Below are positions 21,517-30,452 of a stretch of DNA of 64,000 nt, in pieces. Source of the stretch: Candidatus Methylomirabilota bacterium (GTDB lineage: Bacteria; Methylomirabilota; Methylomirabilia; Rokubacteriales; CSP1-6). The position numbers were made by a program, and so were the translations under genes. The DNA is taken from assembly GCA_036002485.1 (NCBI GenBank), contig DASYTI010000019.1, forward strand, positions 11,990 through 75,989, given 5' to 3'. The notes beneath the pieces are model-generated. The model worked only from the letters and a program-made list of their open reading frames with translations, was not told where the DNA came from and made no database searches. The first letter of the stretch is position 1. Every line of letters starts with the position of its first letter.

Positions 21517-21726
21517 CTTTCGAGCTGAGCCGCTGCCCCGCATTTCGAGTTGAGCGGTGGCCGATGGCCGCCGCGAGACGAGAGCTGAGTTGATTCGAGG
21601 TGAGTGGCGGCCAGCGGCCATCGCGAGACGAGGGCTGAGTGGAGCGCGCAGGCCGCAGTTCGAGCTGAAGGGCGAAGCCCTGAGGCGAGGGCTGAGTGGA
21701 TCAGCGGCGAGGCGAGTGCTGAGACA
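21517..21726 (+). repeat. Tandem array (about 3.5 units) of a ~45-50 bp intergenic repeat, consensus TTCGAG(C/T)TGAG...GCGAG(A/G)CGAGGGCTGAGTGG
   Basis: Units at roughly 21541-21591, 21592-21641, 21642-21698, and a partial unit at 21699-21722. Lies between the amidohydrolase stop and the PF06684 gene start. Confidence 0.75.
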
Positions 21727-21738
21727 AGGAGAAAGATT

Positions 21739-22308
21739 ATGCATATCCGGAAGCTGCTGACCGTGGTGGAGGAGATCTACGAGGACGGCGGGAAGAAGGC
21801 GGCCAGGCCCATCAAGAAGGTCGCGGCCATCGCGGTGATCGAGAACCCCTTCGCCGGACGCTTCGTGGAGGACCTGCAGGAGCTCGTCAAGACCGGCGAG
21901 GAGCTGGGCGATCTCCTCGGCCGCCGGGCCGTGGCCGCCCTCGGCGCGCCCGCCCATTCCTACGGCAAGGCCGCCATCGTCGGCGAGCAGGGCGAATACG
22001 AGCACGCCGCCGCCATCCTTCACCCTACCCTGGGCGCTCCCTTTCGCGCAGCGGTGGGCGGGGGCCAGGCCATCATCCCGTCGACGAAGAAACTTGGCGG
22101 GCCCGGCGCGACCATCGACGTGCCGCTGCACTACAAGGACGCGGCCTTCGTCCGGACTCATTTCGACGCGATGGAGGTGCGCCTGGGGGACGCTCCGCGC
22201 GCCAACGAGATTCTCGTCGCCCTCGTCGTCACGGATGGAGGCCGGCCTCACCCTCGCGTGGGAGGCCTGACCGTCGACGAGGCCAAGAAAGAGGACGGGT
22301 TGAGATGA
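21739..22308 (+). CDS. PF06684 (amino-acid-synthesis / DUF1185) family protein
   Basis: MHIRKLLTVVEEIYEDGGKKAARPIKKVAAIAVIENPFAG. GGAG RBS. The in-frame upstream part of the track ORF is a tandem repeat array, not protein. Confidence 0.65.
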   Translation: MHIRKLLTVVEEIYEDGGKKAARPIKKVAAIAVIENPFAGRFVEDLQELVKTGEELGDLLGRRAVAALGAPAHSYGKAAIVGEQGEYEHAAAILHPTLGAPFRAAVGGGQAIIPSTKKLGGPGATIDVPLHYKDAAFVRTHFDAMEVRLGDAPRANEILVALVVTDGGRPHPRVGGLTVDEAKKEDGLR

Positions 22309-23291
22309 AATTCGGACTCCGCATCCCGAGCTTCGCGCTCGGGCCCCAGACGACGACCCTGGCCGAGATGGGCGCCTATCTCCGGCGGGCCGAGGACCTG
22401 GGCTTCGATTCCGCGGTCAGCATCGATCACCTGCTGCAGACCCCGCCCGCCTATGCCTGCACCTGGCTCGAGCCCGTGGCGCTCCTCTCCGCGCTGGCGG
22501 GCGTGACGCGCACCATCAAGCTCGGCACCATGGTGCTGGTGCTGCCTTTGCGCAATCCCGCCTACTTCGCCAAGGAATGGGCGACCCTCGATCTCCTGTC
22601 GGGCGGCCGCAGCATCCTCGGGGTCGGGGTGGGCTGGCACGAGGAGGAGTTCGGGCTCATGGGCATCCCGCACAAGGAGCGGGGGCGCCGCATGGACGAG
22701 ATGCTGGAGCTCGTGACGGCGCTCTGGGCCGGCGACAACGTCACGTATGCCGGCAAGTACTACCAGGTCAAGAACCTGACCATCGATCCCAAGCCGGCCC
22801 AGAAGCCGCACCCGCCGATCTGGATCGGCGGCGGCAGTCAGCCCTTCGAGAAGGTGTACGGCCAGACCGTGACGAACATCGATCCCGTGCTCATGCGGAT
22901 CGCCAAATACGCCAAGACCTGGGTGCCTCACTCCTCCGCCACGGCCGACATGGTCAAGGACGACTGGGACAAAATCCAACGCTTCATGGTGGGGCTGGGC
23001 CGAAAGCCCGACGACATGACGAAGGTCTATTCGAATTTTGTGTACGTGCTGAAGAAGGGCGAGAAGCCCGAGGTGGCGGCGCCCCACTTCGAAGTCTACT
23101 CGGGCATGGACTTGCCCTACTGGCAGGAATACTACCTTCTGGGCGAGGCCGAGCCGGTGGCCGAGAGGATCCGCGCCAAGGTTGCCTCTCTGGGCGGCTG
23201 CGAGCACATCGTGCTCAACCCGCTCAACTGGGGGACAGAGCAGCTCGAGCTCCTGGCCGGCGAAGTCTTGCCGCGGGTCGCCAAGCCCTGA
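22305..23291 (+). CDS. LLM-class flavin-dependent oxidoreductase (luciferase-like monooxygenase family)
   Basis: 328 aa TIM-barrel LLM-like sequence (FDSAVSIDHL, GRSILGVGVGWHEEEF). Start overlaps the upstream stop (ATGA). Confidence 0.8.
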   Translation: MKFGLRIPSFALGPQTTTLAEMGAYLRRAEDLGFDSAVSIDHLLQTPPAYACTWLEPVALLSALAGVTRTIKLGTMVLVLPLRNPAYFAKEWATLDLLSGGRSILGVGVGWHEEEFGLMGIPHKERGRRMDEMLELVTALWAGDNVTYAGKYYQVKNLTIDPKPAQKPHPPIWIGGGSQPFEKVYGQTVTNIDPVLMRIAKYAKTWVPHSSATADMVKDDWDKIQRFMVGLGRKPDDMTKVYSNFVYVLKKGEKPEVAAPHFEVYSGMDLPYWQEYYLLGEAEPVAERIRAKVASLGGCEHIVLNPLNWGTEQLELLAGEVLPRVAKP

Positions 23292-23435
23292 CGGCTCAGG
23301 TCGGCGCGTGAGCTCGGCCACGGTGCCGCGCTGAGCACGGCCCCTCGCCTCACCGGCGCGCGCGTCAAGCGCGTCGAGGATCCGCGCTTCCTGACCGGGC
23401 GGGGCGCGTACCTCGACGACCTCCAGATCCCGGGA

Positions 23436-25640
23436 TTGCTTCACGCGGCCTTCGTGCGCAGCGCCCATGCGCATGCCGTGCTCCGCCACGCCGAGGTGGG
23501 TCTCGCCCGAGGGACGCCCGGGGTGGTTGCCGTTCTCACCGCGCATGATCTGGTGGAGTGGGTGAGCCCGCTCGCCCCGCGACTGGAAGGCGGAGGGTTC
23601 TGGCCTACCCGGTGCCCGGCTCTCGCGGTGGATCGGCTTCGCTTCGTCGGCGAGCCGATCGCGACGGTCTGCGCGGTAAGCCCGGGCCAGGCCGTGGACG
23701 CGGCCGAGCTCGTGGCAGTGGATTGCCAGCCCCTGCCCGCGGTTGTTGATGCAGGGTCGGCGCTCGCGGCGAACGCGCCCCTCGTCCATGAAAGCGTCCC
23801 TGGAAATATTCTGTTCCATCGCGACTATCGTCACGGCGACGTCGAGGGAGCTTTCGCGCGAGCGCACGTCGTGCTGGAAGAGCGATTCAGCCATGGACGC
23901 TGCTCGGCGGCGCCGCTCGAGCCCCGCGGCCTCATCGCCTCGTGGGCGGGCGAGCGGCTCACCGTCTGGACGGGCACCCAGGCGCCGCACATCTATCGCG
24001 CGGCCCTTGCTCGCGCGTTCGGCGTGCGTGAGGATCAGGTCCGGGTGATCGTGCCCGATACGGGTGGTGGCTTCGGCCAGAAGATGCACGTGCTCTCCGA
24101 GGATCTCGCCGTGGCTGCCCTCGCCTGGGTGACCGGGCGTCCCGTCAAGTGGATCGAGACACGCCGGGAGAACCTGGCCTGCGCCTCTCAGGCCCGTGAG
24201 GGGCGCGTGGACCTCGAGGCGGCCGCGGATGCGCGTGGCATGCTTCTGGCTCTGCGCGCCCGTGTCGTCTCTGACAACGGCGCATATCACGTCTATCCGC
24301 TGACCGCCGCTCTCGAGCCGCTCGGCATTGCCGGGATCATTCCCGGGCCCTACCGCACGCCGGCCTACGAGTGGGAAGCCATGGGCGTGGCGACCAACAA
24401 GCCGCCCCTGGGCGCCTACCGCGGCGTGGGGATGACCATGGGCGCCTTCGTGATGGAGCGCACCCTCGATCTTCTGGCGGAGCGGCTCCGCCTCGACCCG
24501 GCCGAGATCCGACGCCGCAACCTGGTCCCGCGCGACGCCTACCCCTTCAGGTCGGCGGCGGGCTTTCTCTATGACAGCGGTGACTACCCGAAGGCGCTCG
24601 AGATGGCTCTGGAGCTGGCCGACTACGAGGGCCTGAAGCGCGAGCGGGAACATGGACGCGCGCGCGGGCGTCTCCGCGGCGTGGGGATTTCCTGCTACAC
24701 GGAGTACACGAGCATGGGCTCGGCGACCTTTCGGAGCCGCGGCATGAGCGAGGTGCCCGGCCACGAGGCGGCGCGCGTCTCCATCGAGCGGGACGGCGCC
24801 GTGCATTGCCGCCTGACCATGCCGTCTCAGGGACAGGGACACGCCACCACGGTGGCCCAGATCGTGGCCGACGAGCTCGGCGTGCCGCTCGAGAGCGTGG
24901 TGGTCAGCCAGCCGGACACCGACACGACGCCGGCAGGCAGCGGCACCTTCGCGAGCCGAGGGGCGGTGGTCCAGCGGGGCGCGGCCGGCGCCGCGGCCGT
25001 CTCGCTCCGCCAGAAGGTGCTCGATCGGGCGGGAGCGCTCCTGGAAGCAAATCCCGCTGATCTCGAGCTTCGCCACGGTCGGGTGACCGTCCGAGGCGTG
25101 CCCGACCGCGGCGTGACGGTGGCCGAGGTCGCCGGCGCGGCCGGCGAGGGGACGCTCGCGGTGACGGAAGAGTTCGATCCGCCCGGACCGACGTTCTCGG
25201 GCGCCGTCCATGTCGCCTCCGTGGAGGTCGACGCCGAGACCGGGCGCGTCGTGCTCCACCGCTACATCGTCGTCGAGGATTGCGGCCCGGTCATCAATCC
25301 CGTCATCGTCGAGGGCCAGATTCACGGCGCGCTGGCCCAGGGAATCGGCGAGGCGCTGGGCGAGCGGCTCGTCTACGACGAGTCGGGGCAGCTCTTGACG
25401 GGCAGCTTGATGGACTACGCCTTGCCCACGGCGGCCGATCTTCCGCTCTTCACGCTGGGCCACCTGGAAACGCCCTCCCCCCTCACCCCCGGCGGCCACA
25501 AGGGCATGGGCGAGGGCGGCACCATCGGCGCTCCCGCCGCCATTGCCAACGCCGTGGCCGACGCCGTGCAACCGCTCGGCGTGCGTGTGATCTCACTGCC
25601 CATCCAGCCGGAGGTGCTGACCACGGGGGCGGACCGATGA
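23436..25640 (+). CDS. Xanthine dehydrogenase / CO dehydrogenase family molybdopterin-binding large subunit (CoxL/aldehyde oxidase-like). The true start is probably upstream, around 23331.
   Basis: Ald_Xan_dh_C and C2-like sequence throughout. The conserved family N-terminus ARVKRVEDPRFLTGRGAYLDDLQIPG is encoded in frame upstream of the first ATG/GTG/TTG (see findings). Confidence 0.8.
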   Translation: MLHAAFVRSAHAHAVLRHAEVGLARGTPGVVAVLTAHDLVEWVSPLAPRLEGGGFWPTRCPALAVDRLRFVGEPIATVCAVSPGQAVDAAELVAVDCQPLPAVVDAGSALAANAPLVHESVPGNILFHRDYRHGDVEGAFARAHVVLEERFSHGRCSAAPLEPRGLIASWAGERLTVWTGTQAPHIYRAALARAFGVREDQVRVIVPDTGGGFGQKMHVLSEDLAVAALAWVTGRPVKWIETRRENLACASQAREGRVDLEAAADARGMLLALRARVVSDNGAYHVYPLTAALEPLGIAGIIPGPYRTPAYEWEAMGVATNKPPLGAYRGVGMTMGAFVMERTLDLLAERLRLDPAEIRRRNLVPRDAYPFRSAAGFLYDSGDYPKALEMALELADYEGLKREREHGRARGRLRGVGISCYTEYTSMGSATFRSRGMSEVPGHEAARVSIERDGAVHCRLTMPSQGQGHATTVAQIVADELGVPLESVVVSQPDTDTTPAGSGTFASRGAVVQRGAAGAAAVSLRQKVLDRAGALLEANPADLELRHGRVTVRGVPDRGVTVAEVAGAAGEGTLAVTEEFDPPGPTFSGAVHVASVEVDAETGRVVLHRYIVVEDCGPVINPVIVEGQIHGALAQGIGEALGERLVYDESGQLLTGSLMDYALPTAADLPLFTLGHLETPSPLTPGGHKGMGEGGTIGAPAAIANAVADAVQPLGVRVISLPIQPEVLTTGADR

Positions 25641-26110
25641 GCGTCGAGATCGAGAGGAAGTTCCTCGTGACCTCCCTGCCGGAGGCGATGGATCGGTATC
25701 CCCATGAGCGCATCGTGCAGGGCTATGTCGTGCTGGGCGCGGACGGGGGCGAGGTGAGACTGAGAAGAAAAGGGCTGAAGCATTTCGAAGCGGTCAAGAT
25801 GGGTCGGGGGGAAATCCGGTCCGAGCTCGAGGTCGAGCTCACCGCGGCCCAGTTCGATACCTTGTGGGAGGCCACCGCCGGACGAAGAATCGAGAAGACG
25901 AGGTACGAGATCCGCCATGCCGGAGCGATCATGGAGCTCGACGTCTACCACGGGGAGCTGGCCGGCCTCGTCACGGCGGAGTGCGAGTTCGCGTCACCCG
26001 AGGAAAGTCGGCGCTTCGTTCCGCCGGACTGGCTCGGGAGGGAAGTCACGAACGACCCCGCCTACAAGAACCAGAGCCTCGCGGTTCGTGGACGGCCGCT
26101 CGAGACGTAG
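25637..26110 (+). CDS. CYTH-domain protein (CyaB/thiamine-triphosphatase-like)
   Basis: MSVEIERKFLV is a hallmark CYTH N-terminus. 157 aa. ATG overlaps the coxL-like stop (ATGA). Confidence 0.8.
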   Translation: MSVEIERKFLVTSLPEAMDRYPHERIVQGYVVLGADGGEVRLRRKGLKHFEAVKMGRGEIRSELEVELTAAQFDTLWEATAGRRIEKTRYEIRHAGAIMELDVYHGELAGLVTAECEFASPEESRRFVPPDWLGREVTNDPAYKNQSLAVRGRPLET

Positions 26111-26111
26111 A

Positions 26112-26149
26112 GAGCCCGGAGGCGGAACCGGTGTACCGCCTCCGGGCTC
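26112..26149. terminator. Perfect 14-bp inverted repeat between convergent genes (bidirectional terminator candidate)
   Basis: gagcccggaggcgg-aaccggtgtac-ccgcctccgggctc begins 2 nt after the CYTH gene stop. Confidence 0.5.
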
Positions 26150-26444
26150 GGCATGTTGCGCACAGGCCCACGCCTGCGGCATGACCCGGCGCGAGCCGGG
26201 CTCTCTCGTGATGTGCTACGCGACGCTGCGCACCATCAGGAGCTCACCGCGCCCGATGGCGCCCTGTTGAGCCAGGCGGAGTCTTCTCCATGACACCTCC
26301 CCGATTGTGAGCGTCAAGACCGGAGGTGGCGCCTCCACTCCCGTCACGTTCAGTCAACTCCGGCCGGACGTGTGCTGTCAAGCCCTCGTGACGTGGCGCG
26401 CGAGCTGCGCGGGCTTCGCATCACGAAAGCTTGACGCCCTGGCC

Positions 26445-26882
26445 TCACTTCGGCGGCACGGACACCGACAGCGTCTGATCCGGATTGCGTTTCAGCTTCA
26501 AGGTCACCGCCCTCGCATGCAGGGGGAACAAGGTCAAGGACGCCGTGTCTTCCTGGTCGAGGGTGAGAAGAATGGGACGGCGCTCTATCTCCACCACCCG
26601 GGAGGCGGGCTTGCTGAATTCCTGGAAGATGACGAAGATGTGAGCAGTTCGCCCGTCCGCCCCCGCGAAGTACCAGATCGCGCTGCCGCTCGCCGGCGGC
26701 TCGGACCATCGCGTTTCGTTTGCGATCACGCCGCCGGGGGGGACCCGCTCGAGATTCACTTTCAGTGAGAACGACCAGTGGAATCCCGCTCGCCCCGTCT
26801 CGATCACCGTCCACTCCGGCTCGGCAAAGGCCGGCGATACCAGCGCCATCCCAAGAAGCCATGCCCCAAGGAGCCGCATCAT
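26445..26882 (-). CDS. Secreted hypothetical protein
   Basis: Signal peptide MMRLLGAWLLGMALVSPAFA. 145 aa. An AT-rich promoter island lies upstream (26883-27060). Confidence 0.6.
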   Translation of the reverse strand: MMRLLGAWLLGMALVSPAFAEPEWTVIETGRAGFHWSFSLKVNLERVPPGGVIANETRWSEPPASGSAIWYFAGADGRTAHIFVIFQEFSKPASRVVEIERRPILLTLDQEDTASLTLFPLHARAVTLKLKRNPDQTLSVSVPPK

Positions 26883-27119
26883 GATCCTGATCCCCCTATG
26901 ATGAGATTGCTCTGATTGAACAAGAGGGGCCCAGTCTATCGCAATGGAGTCTGGTACGGGTCGCAGGAGTAGTGCGGAAAAAATCCCGCTCCGACCAATC
27001 CCCGGTATCCTCCCCCGATTTTTGTCGCCCCTCGCGGCAGGGGCTCATCACGCCCGCCTGAACTGACGGGCCTTTGCGCGAGAGGAGCCAATGGAACGCC
27101 CCTTGCTCCACGGGTGAGC

Positions 27120-28388
27120 ATGCGCATCGTGCATGTGACTCCCGGCTACTGGCCCCGGCGGGGAGGCGAGCAGGTCTACGCTCGGAGGCTATCCGAAGGG
27201 CTGGCCTCGCGCGGGCACCACGTGACCGTCCTCACGGCGCGAGGCCTTGAAGCGACGGACGGGGTCCCGCCTCCGCCGTCGGGGCTCCCCCACCCGCCGC
27301 AAGTTCTGCATTTCACCGAGAACGGCGCCTTCCACCGCTTCTTGAAGGTTCCCGGGGCTCAGCGCCTCCTGGGCGCCCTTCTCCCCCAGGACCGAATCAG
27401 GATGATGGACGGCGGCCCGCTCAGCGCGCGGCTCTTCGTGGAGCTCCTGCGGAGCAAGGCGGACATCGTGAGTGTCCTCGGATGGCGGGCAAGCCTTCTG
27501 CCCTTCAAGGTCGCGATGGCGAAGAGGCTCAGGAGATGGCGGATGGTGGGGATTCCGATGTTCCACACGGAGGAAGCCTGGAGCCGGGAGGATGTCTACC
27601 CGCCCCTGCTCAGCCGGTGTGACGCCATCGTCGCGAACACCGGCTACGAGAAACAGTTCGTCGAGGGCCGCATCTCTTCGCCGACCCGGGTGCTCGTCGG
27701 GGGCGCCGGGATCGATCCGCACGCCTTCTCCAAGCGGGACGGGCGAAAGATCCGAAGCCGCCATGGCCTGCGTGGGGGCCCCGTGGTCGGCTACGTGGGC
27801 CGCGTCGTTCCCTCCAAGGGCGTCACCGCGCTCATCAAGGCCATGCGCGTCGTCTGGCAGTGGAATCCCGAGGTGCGGCTCGTCCTGGCGGGGCCAAGGA
27901 TGTCGGGGGGGAGGGCGGCGGATCGGGAGGTGGAGCTGGCCCTCGCCCGGCTGCCGGAGGCGGAAAGGTCTCGAGTCCTCTTGCTGGGCGAGTTCGACGA
28001 GGAAGACAAGGCCAGCATCTTCGACAGTCTCGACGTGTTCGCCATGCCATCGATCGGAGAATCGTTCGGCATCGCATACCTCGAGGCGTGGATGTGTGGC
28101 AAACCGGTCATCGGCGCCAACGTCGGATCGACCCCCTCCGTCATCCGAAATGGCGTGGACGGCCTCCTCGTGAACCCGCAGGACCCACGGCACATCGGAG
28201 AGGCCATCGTGAGGCTGCTGAAGGATCCTCCGGAGTGCGCTAGACTCGGCCAGGCTGGCTACACACGGACGACGTCCGAGTTCACGTGGGACAGAATCAT
28301 CGACCGGATCGAGGGCCTCTACAAGGAGCTGGCATCTCCCGAGCCTATCCCGGCACCCGCGGCGGCAGCCCGGCGGGCTTCCAGCTGA
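27120..28388 (+). CDS. Glycosyltransferase family 4
   Basis: MRIVHVTPGYWPRRGGEQ N-terminus. C-terminal GT4 motif region (GESFGIAYLEAWMCGKPVIG). Confidence 0.85.
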   Translation: MRIVHVTPGYWPRRGGEQVYARRLSEGLASRGHHVTVLTARGLEATDGVPPPPSGLPHPPQVLHFTENGAFHRFLKVPGAQRLLGALLPQDRIRMMDGGPLSARLFVELLRSKADIVSVLGWRASLLPFKVAMAKRLRRWRMVGIPMFHTEEAWSREDVYPPLLSRCDAIVANTGYEKQFVEGRISSPTRVLVGGAGIDPHAFSKRDGRKIRSRHGLRGGPVVGYVGRVVPSKGVTALIKAMRVVWQWNPEVRLVLAGPRMSGGRAADREVELALARLPEAERSRVLLLGEFDEEDKASIFDSLDVFAMPSIGESFGIAYLEAWMCGKPVIGANVGSTPSVIRNGVDGLLVNPQDPRHIGEAIVRLLKDPPECARLGQAGYTRTTSEFTWDRIIDRIEGLYKELASPEPIPAPAAAARRASS

Positions 28389-28485
28389 GGGAGGGGCAGC
28401 CGGGCGGAGGCGCCGAGGACGTGATGTCCCGTCCGCGCGCTATCAGATCCTCGTCGTTCGGAGTCTCATCATCCAAGAGGGTAAA

Positions 28486-30123
28486 TTGATGCGGCGCACG
28501 TGTATGGTAGCGGTGGTGTTCCTCGTACTCTGCGGCACCGCTCACGCCCAGCATACCCACCACGCCACCAAGCCGAGCGGGCCGGAGACACCCGCGACGC
28601 TCGTGCGCGGTCTGGGCTCGCATCATCATCCCGTCTCCACCACCAGCCCCGAGGCGCAGAGATTCTTCGATCAGGGCCTGCGCTTCGTGTATGCCTTCAA
28701 TCACGACGAGGCCGTGCGATCGTTCAGGCGCGCGGCCCAGCTCGACCCGCAGATGGCCATGGCCTACTGGGGCATTGCCCTCGCCTTCGGTCCCAATATC
28801 AATCTGGAGGCCGAGCCGGAGAGGGAGAAGGCGGCCTACCAGGCGGTGCAACAGGCCCTTGCCCTCGCCGGGAAGGCGCCGACAAACGAGCGCCTGTACA
28901 TCGAGGCGCTCGCCAAGAGATATACGGCCACGGCAGGCGTCGAACAGGGAAAGCTCGCCCTCGACTACCGGAACGCCATGGGCGAGCTCGTCAAGCGCTA
29001 TCCCGACGATCTCGACGCGGCCACGCTCTTTGCCGAAGCCGGCATGAACCTGCGCCCCTGGCAGCTCTGGACGGCTGACGGCAAGCCCGCGGAGGGCACC
29101 GAGGCGATCGTGGCGACCCTGGAGTCCGTGCTGAGGCGAGATCCGAACCACGTCGGCGCGATCCACTACTACATCCACGCGGTGGAAGCGTCACCCAATC
29201 CGGAGCGGGCCCTCGCCTATGCTCCCAAGCTGGCCTCCCTGGCCCCGGCGGCCGGACATCTCGTCCACATGCCTGCCCATATCTATCAGCGCACGGGAGA
29301 CTACAAAGCCGCCGCCCGGAGCAATCATGAGGCGGCGCGCGCGGACGAGGCGTATATCAGGTCCCGCGGGGTGCAGGGTCTATACCCCGTGATGTACTAC
29401 AGTCACAACCTGCATTTCCTCGCCGTCGCGCACAGCATGGCGGGACGGAGCGCCGACGCCTTGGCTGCCGCGAAACGACTCGAAGCCCATGTGGTCTCGC
29501 AATTCAAAGAGATGCCGATGGTTGAAGGCTTCATCCCGACGTCGACCCTGCTCCTCGTGCGCTTCCGGAAATGGAAGGAGATCCTCAAAGTCCCGAGCCC
29601 CGATCCGTCGATGCTCACCACGTACGCTTTCTGGCACTTCGCTCGGGGATCTGCCTTGGCGGCGCAGGGCGAGGTGGCCAAAGCCGACAGCGAGCGCACG
29701 GCATTCCGCGAAGCCGTGAAACGCGTTCCCGAGGACGACGGCGCGCAGGCGACGCTGAAGGTCGCCGAGCGGATGTTGAGCGCCCGGATCGCCGCTTCGA
29801 AGCGCGAGAACAAGGCAGCGATCGAGCTCCTTGGCAAGGGTGTGGAGATCGAAGACTCGCTCCCTTATGGCGAGCCGCCCGCGTGGTACTCGCCGGTACG
29901 CGAGTCTCTGGGCGGGCTGCTGTTGCGAGAGGGACGGTATGCGGAAGCCGAAGCCGTATTTCGCGCCGACCTCGAGAGAAACAGACGTAGCGGTCGATCT
30001 CTCTTCGGCTTGATGGCCGCCCTGAGGGGTCAGGGGAGGGCCTACGAGGCCAAGCTCGTCGAGGGGGAATTCGAGAAGGCCTGGGCGGAGGCAGACACGA
30101 GGCTGAGCGTCGAGGATCTCTGA
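28486..30123 (+). CDS. Secreted TPR-like repeat protein
   Basis: Signal peptide MMRRTCMVAVVFLVLCGTAHA. A 545-aa helical-repeat protein (AMAYWGIALAF... repeats). Confidence 0.7.
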   Translation: MMRRTCMVAVVFLVLCGTAHAQHTHHATKPSGPETPATLVRGLGSHHHPVSTTSPEAQRFFDQGLRFVYAFNHDEAVRSFRRAAQLDPQMAMAYWGIALAFGPNINLEAEPEREKAAYQAVQQALALAGKAPTNERLYIEALAKRYTATAGVEQGKLALDYRNAMGELVKRYPDDLDAATLFAEAGMNLRPWQLWTADGKPAEGTEAIVATLESVLRRDPNHVGAIHYYIHAVEASPNPERALAYAPKLASLAPAAGHLVHMPAHIYQRTGDYKAAARSNHEAARADEAYIRSRGVQGLYPVMYYSHNLHFLAVAHSMAGRSADALAAAKRLEAHVVSQFKEMPMVEGFIPTSTLLLVRFRKWKEILKVPSPDPSMLTTYAFWHFARGSALAAQGEVAKADSERTAFREAVKRVPEDDGAQATLKVAERMLSARIAASKRENKAAIELLGKGVEIEDSLPYGEPPAWYSPVRESLGGLLLREGRYAEAEAVFRADLERNRRSGRSLFGLMAALRGQGRAYEAKLVEGEFEKAWAEADTRLSVEDL

Positions 30124-30452
30124 GCCGGCACGCCATCCGGGCGGCCCTCGCCACGAAGACCGGGCATTCGAAACCGTAGGATGTTGTAGGGGAACCCGAC
30201 AGTAGCACGAGAGAGTTACCCGACGGAATTCACGAGCAATGGCAGTCGTTTGCCCAGATACCAGGGAAAATCATCCAACGATGTTCCAGCGAGAACGTCG
30301 GAAGAGTTTACGCGCAACCAATAGATCATTTGCCAATTGAACTGAAGTTGCTGTTTTGACGGCTTATTCCTTCGTACGACCATCTTGGCATAGTGTCTGC
30401 TCATACTCGTGGCCGGTGTCGAACTTGACCGTAAAAGGAGCTACGTGACCCT

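Noticed and set aside
21517-21726. Possibility that the repeat array is a CRISPR array
   Set aside because: Units are contiguous with no spacers, degenerate, and not associated with cas genes.
21557-21760. 67-aa ORF and the N-terminal extension of 21604..22308
   Set aside because: The translation is generated by the tandem DNA repeat (..RETRAE..RAEGRS..). Repeat copies elsewhere are in other frames and orientations. The downstream gene has its own RBS and ATG at 21739.
22248-25571. 1107-aa minus-strand ORF
   Set aside because: Antisense shadow of the LLM and CoxL-like genes, with GC-rich low-complexity composition. No motifs.
30216-30404. 62-aa minus-strand ORF in the AT-rich island
   Set aside because: No RBS and atypical composition. 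More likely promoter DNA for the PEP-CTERM gene.
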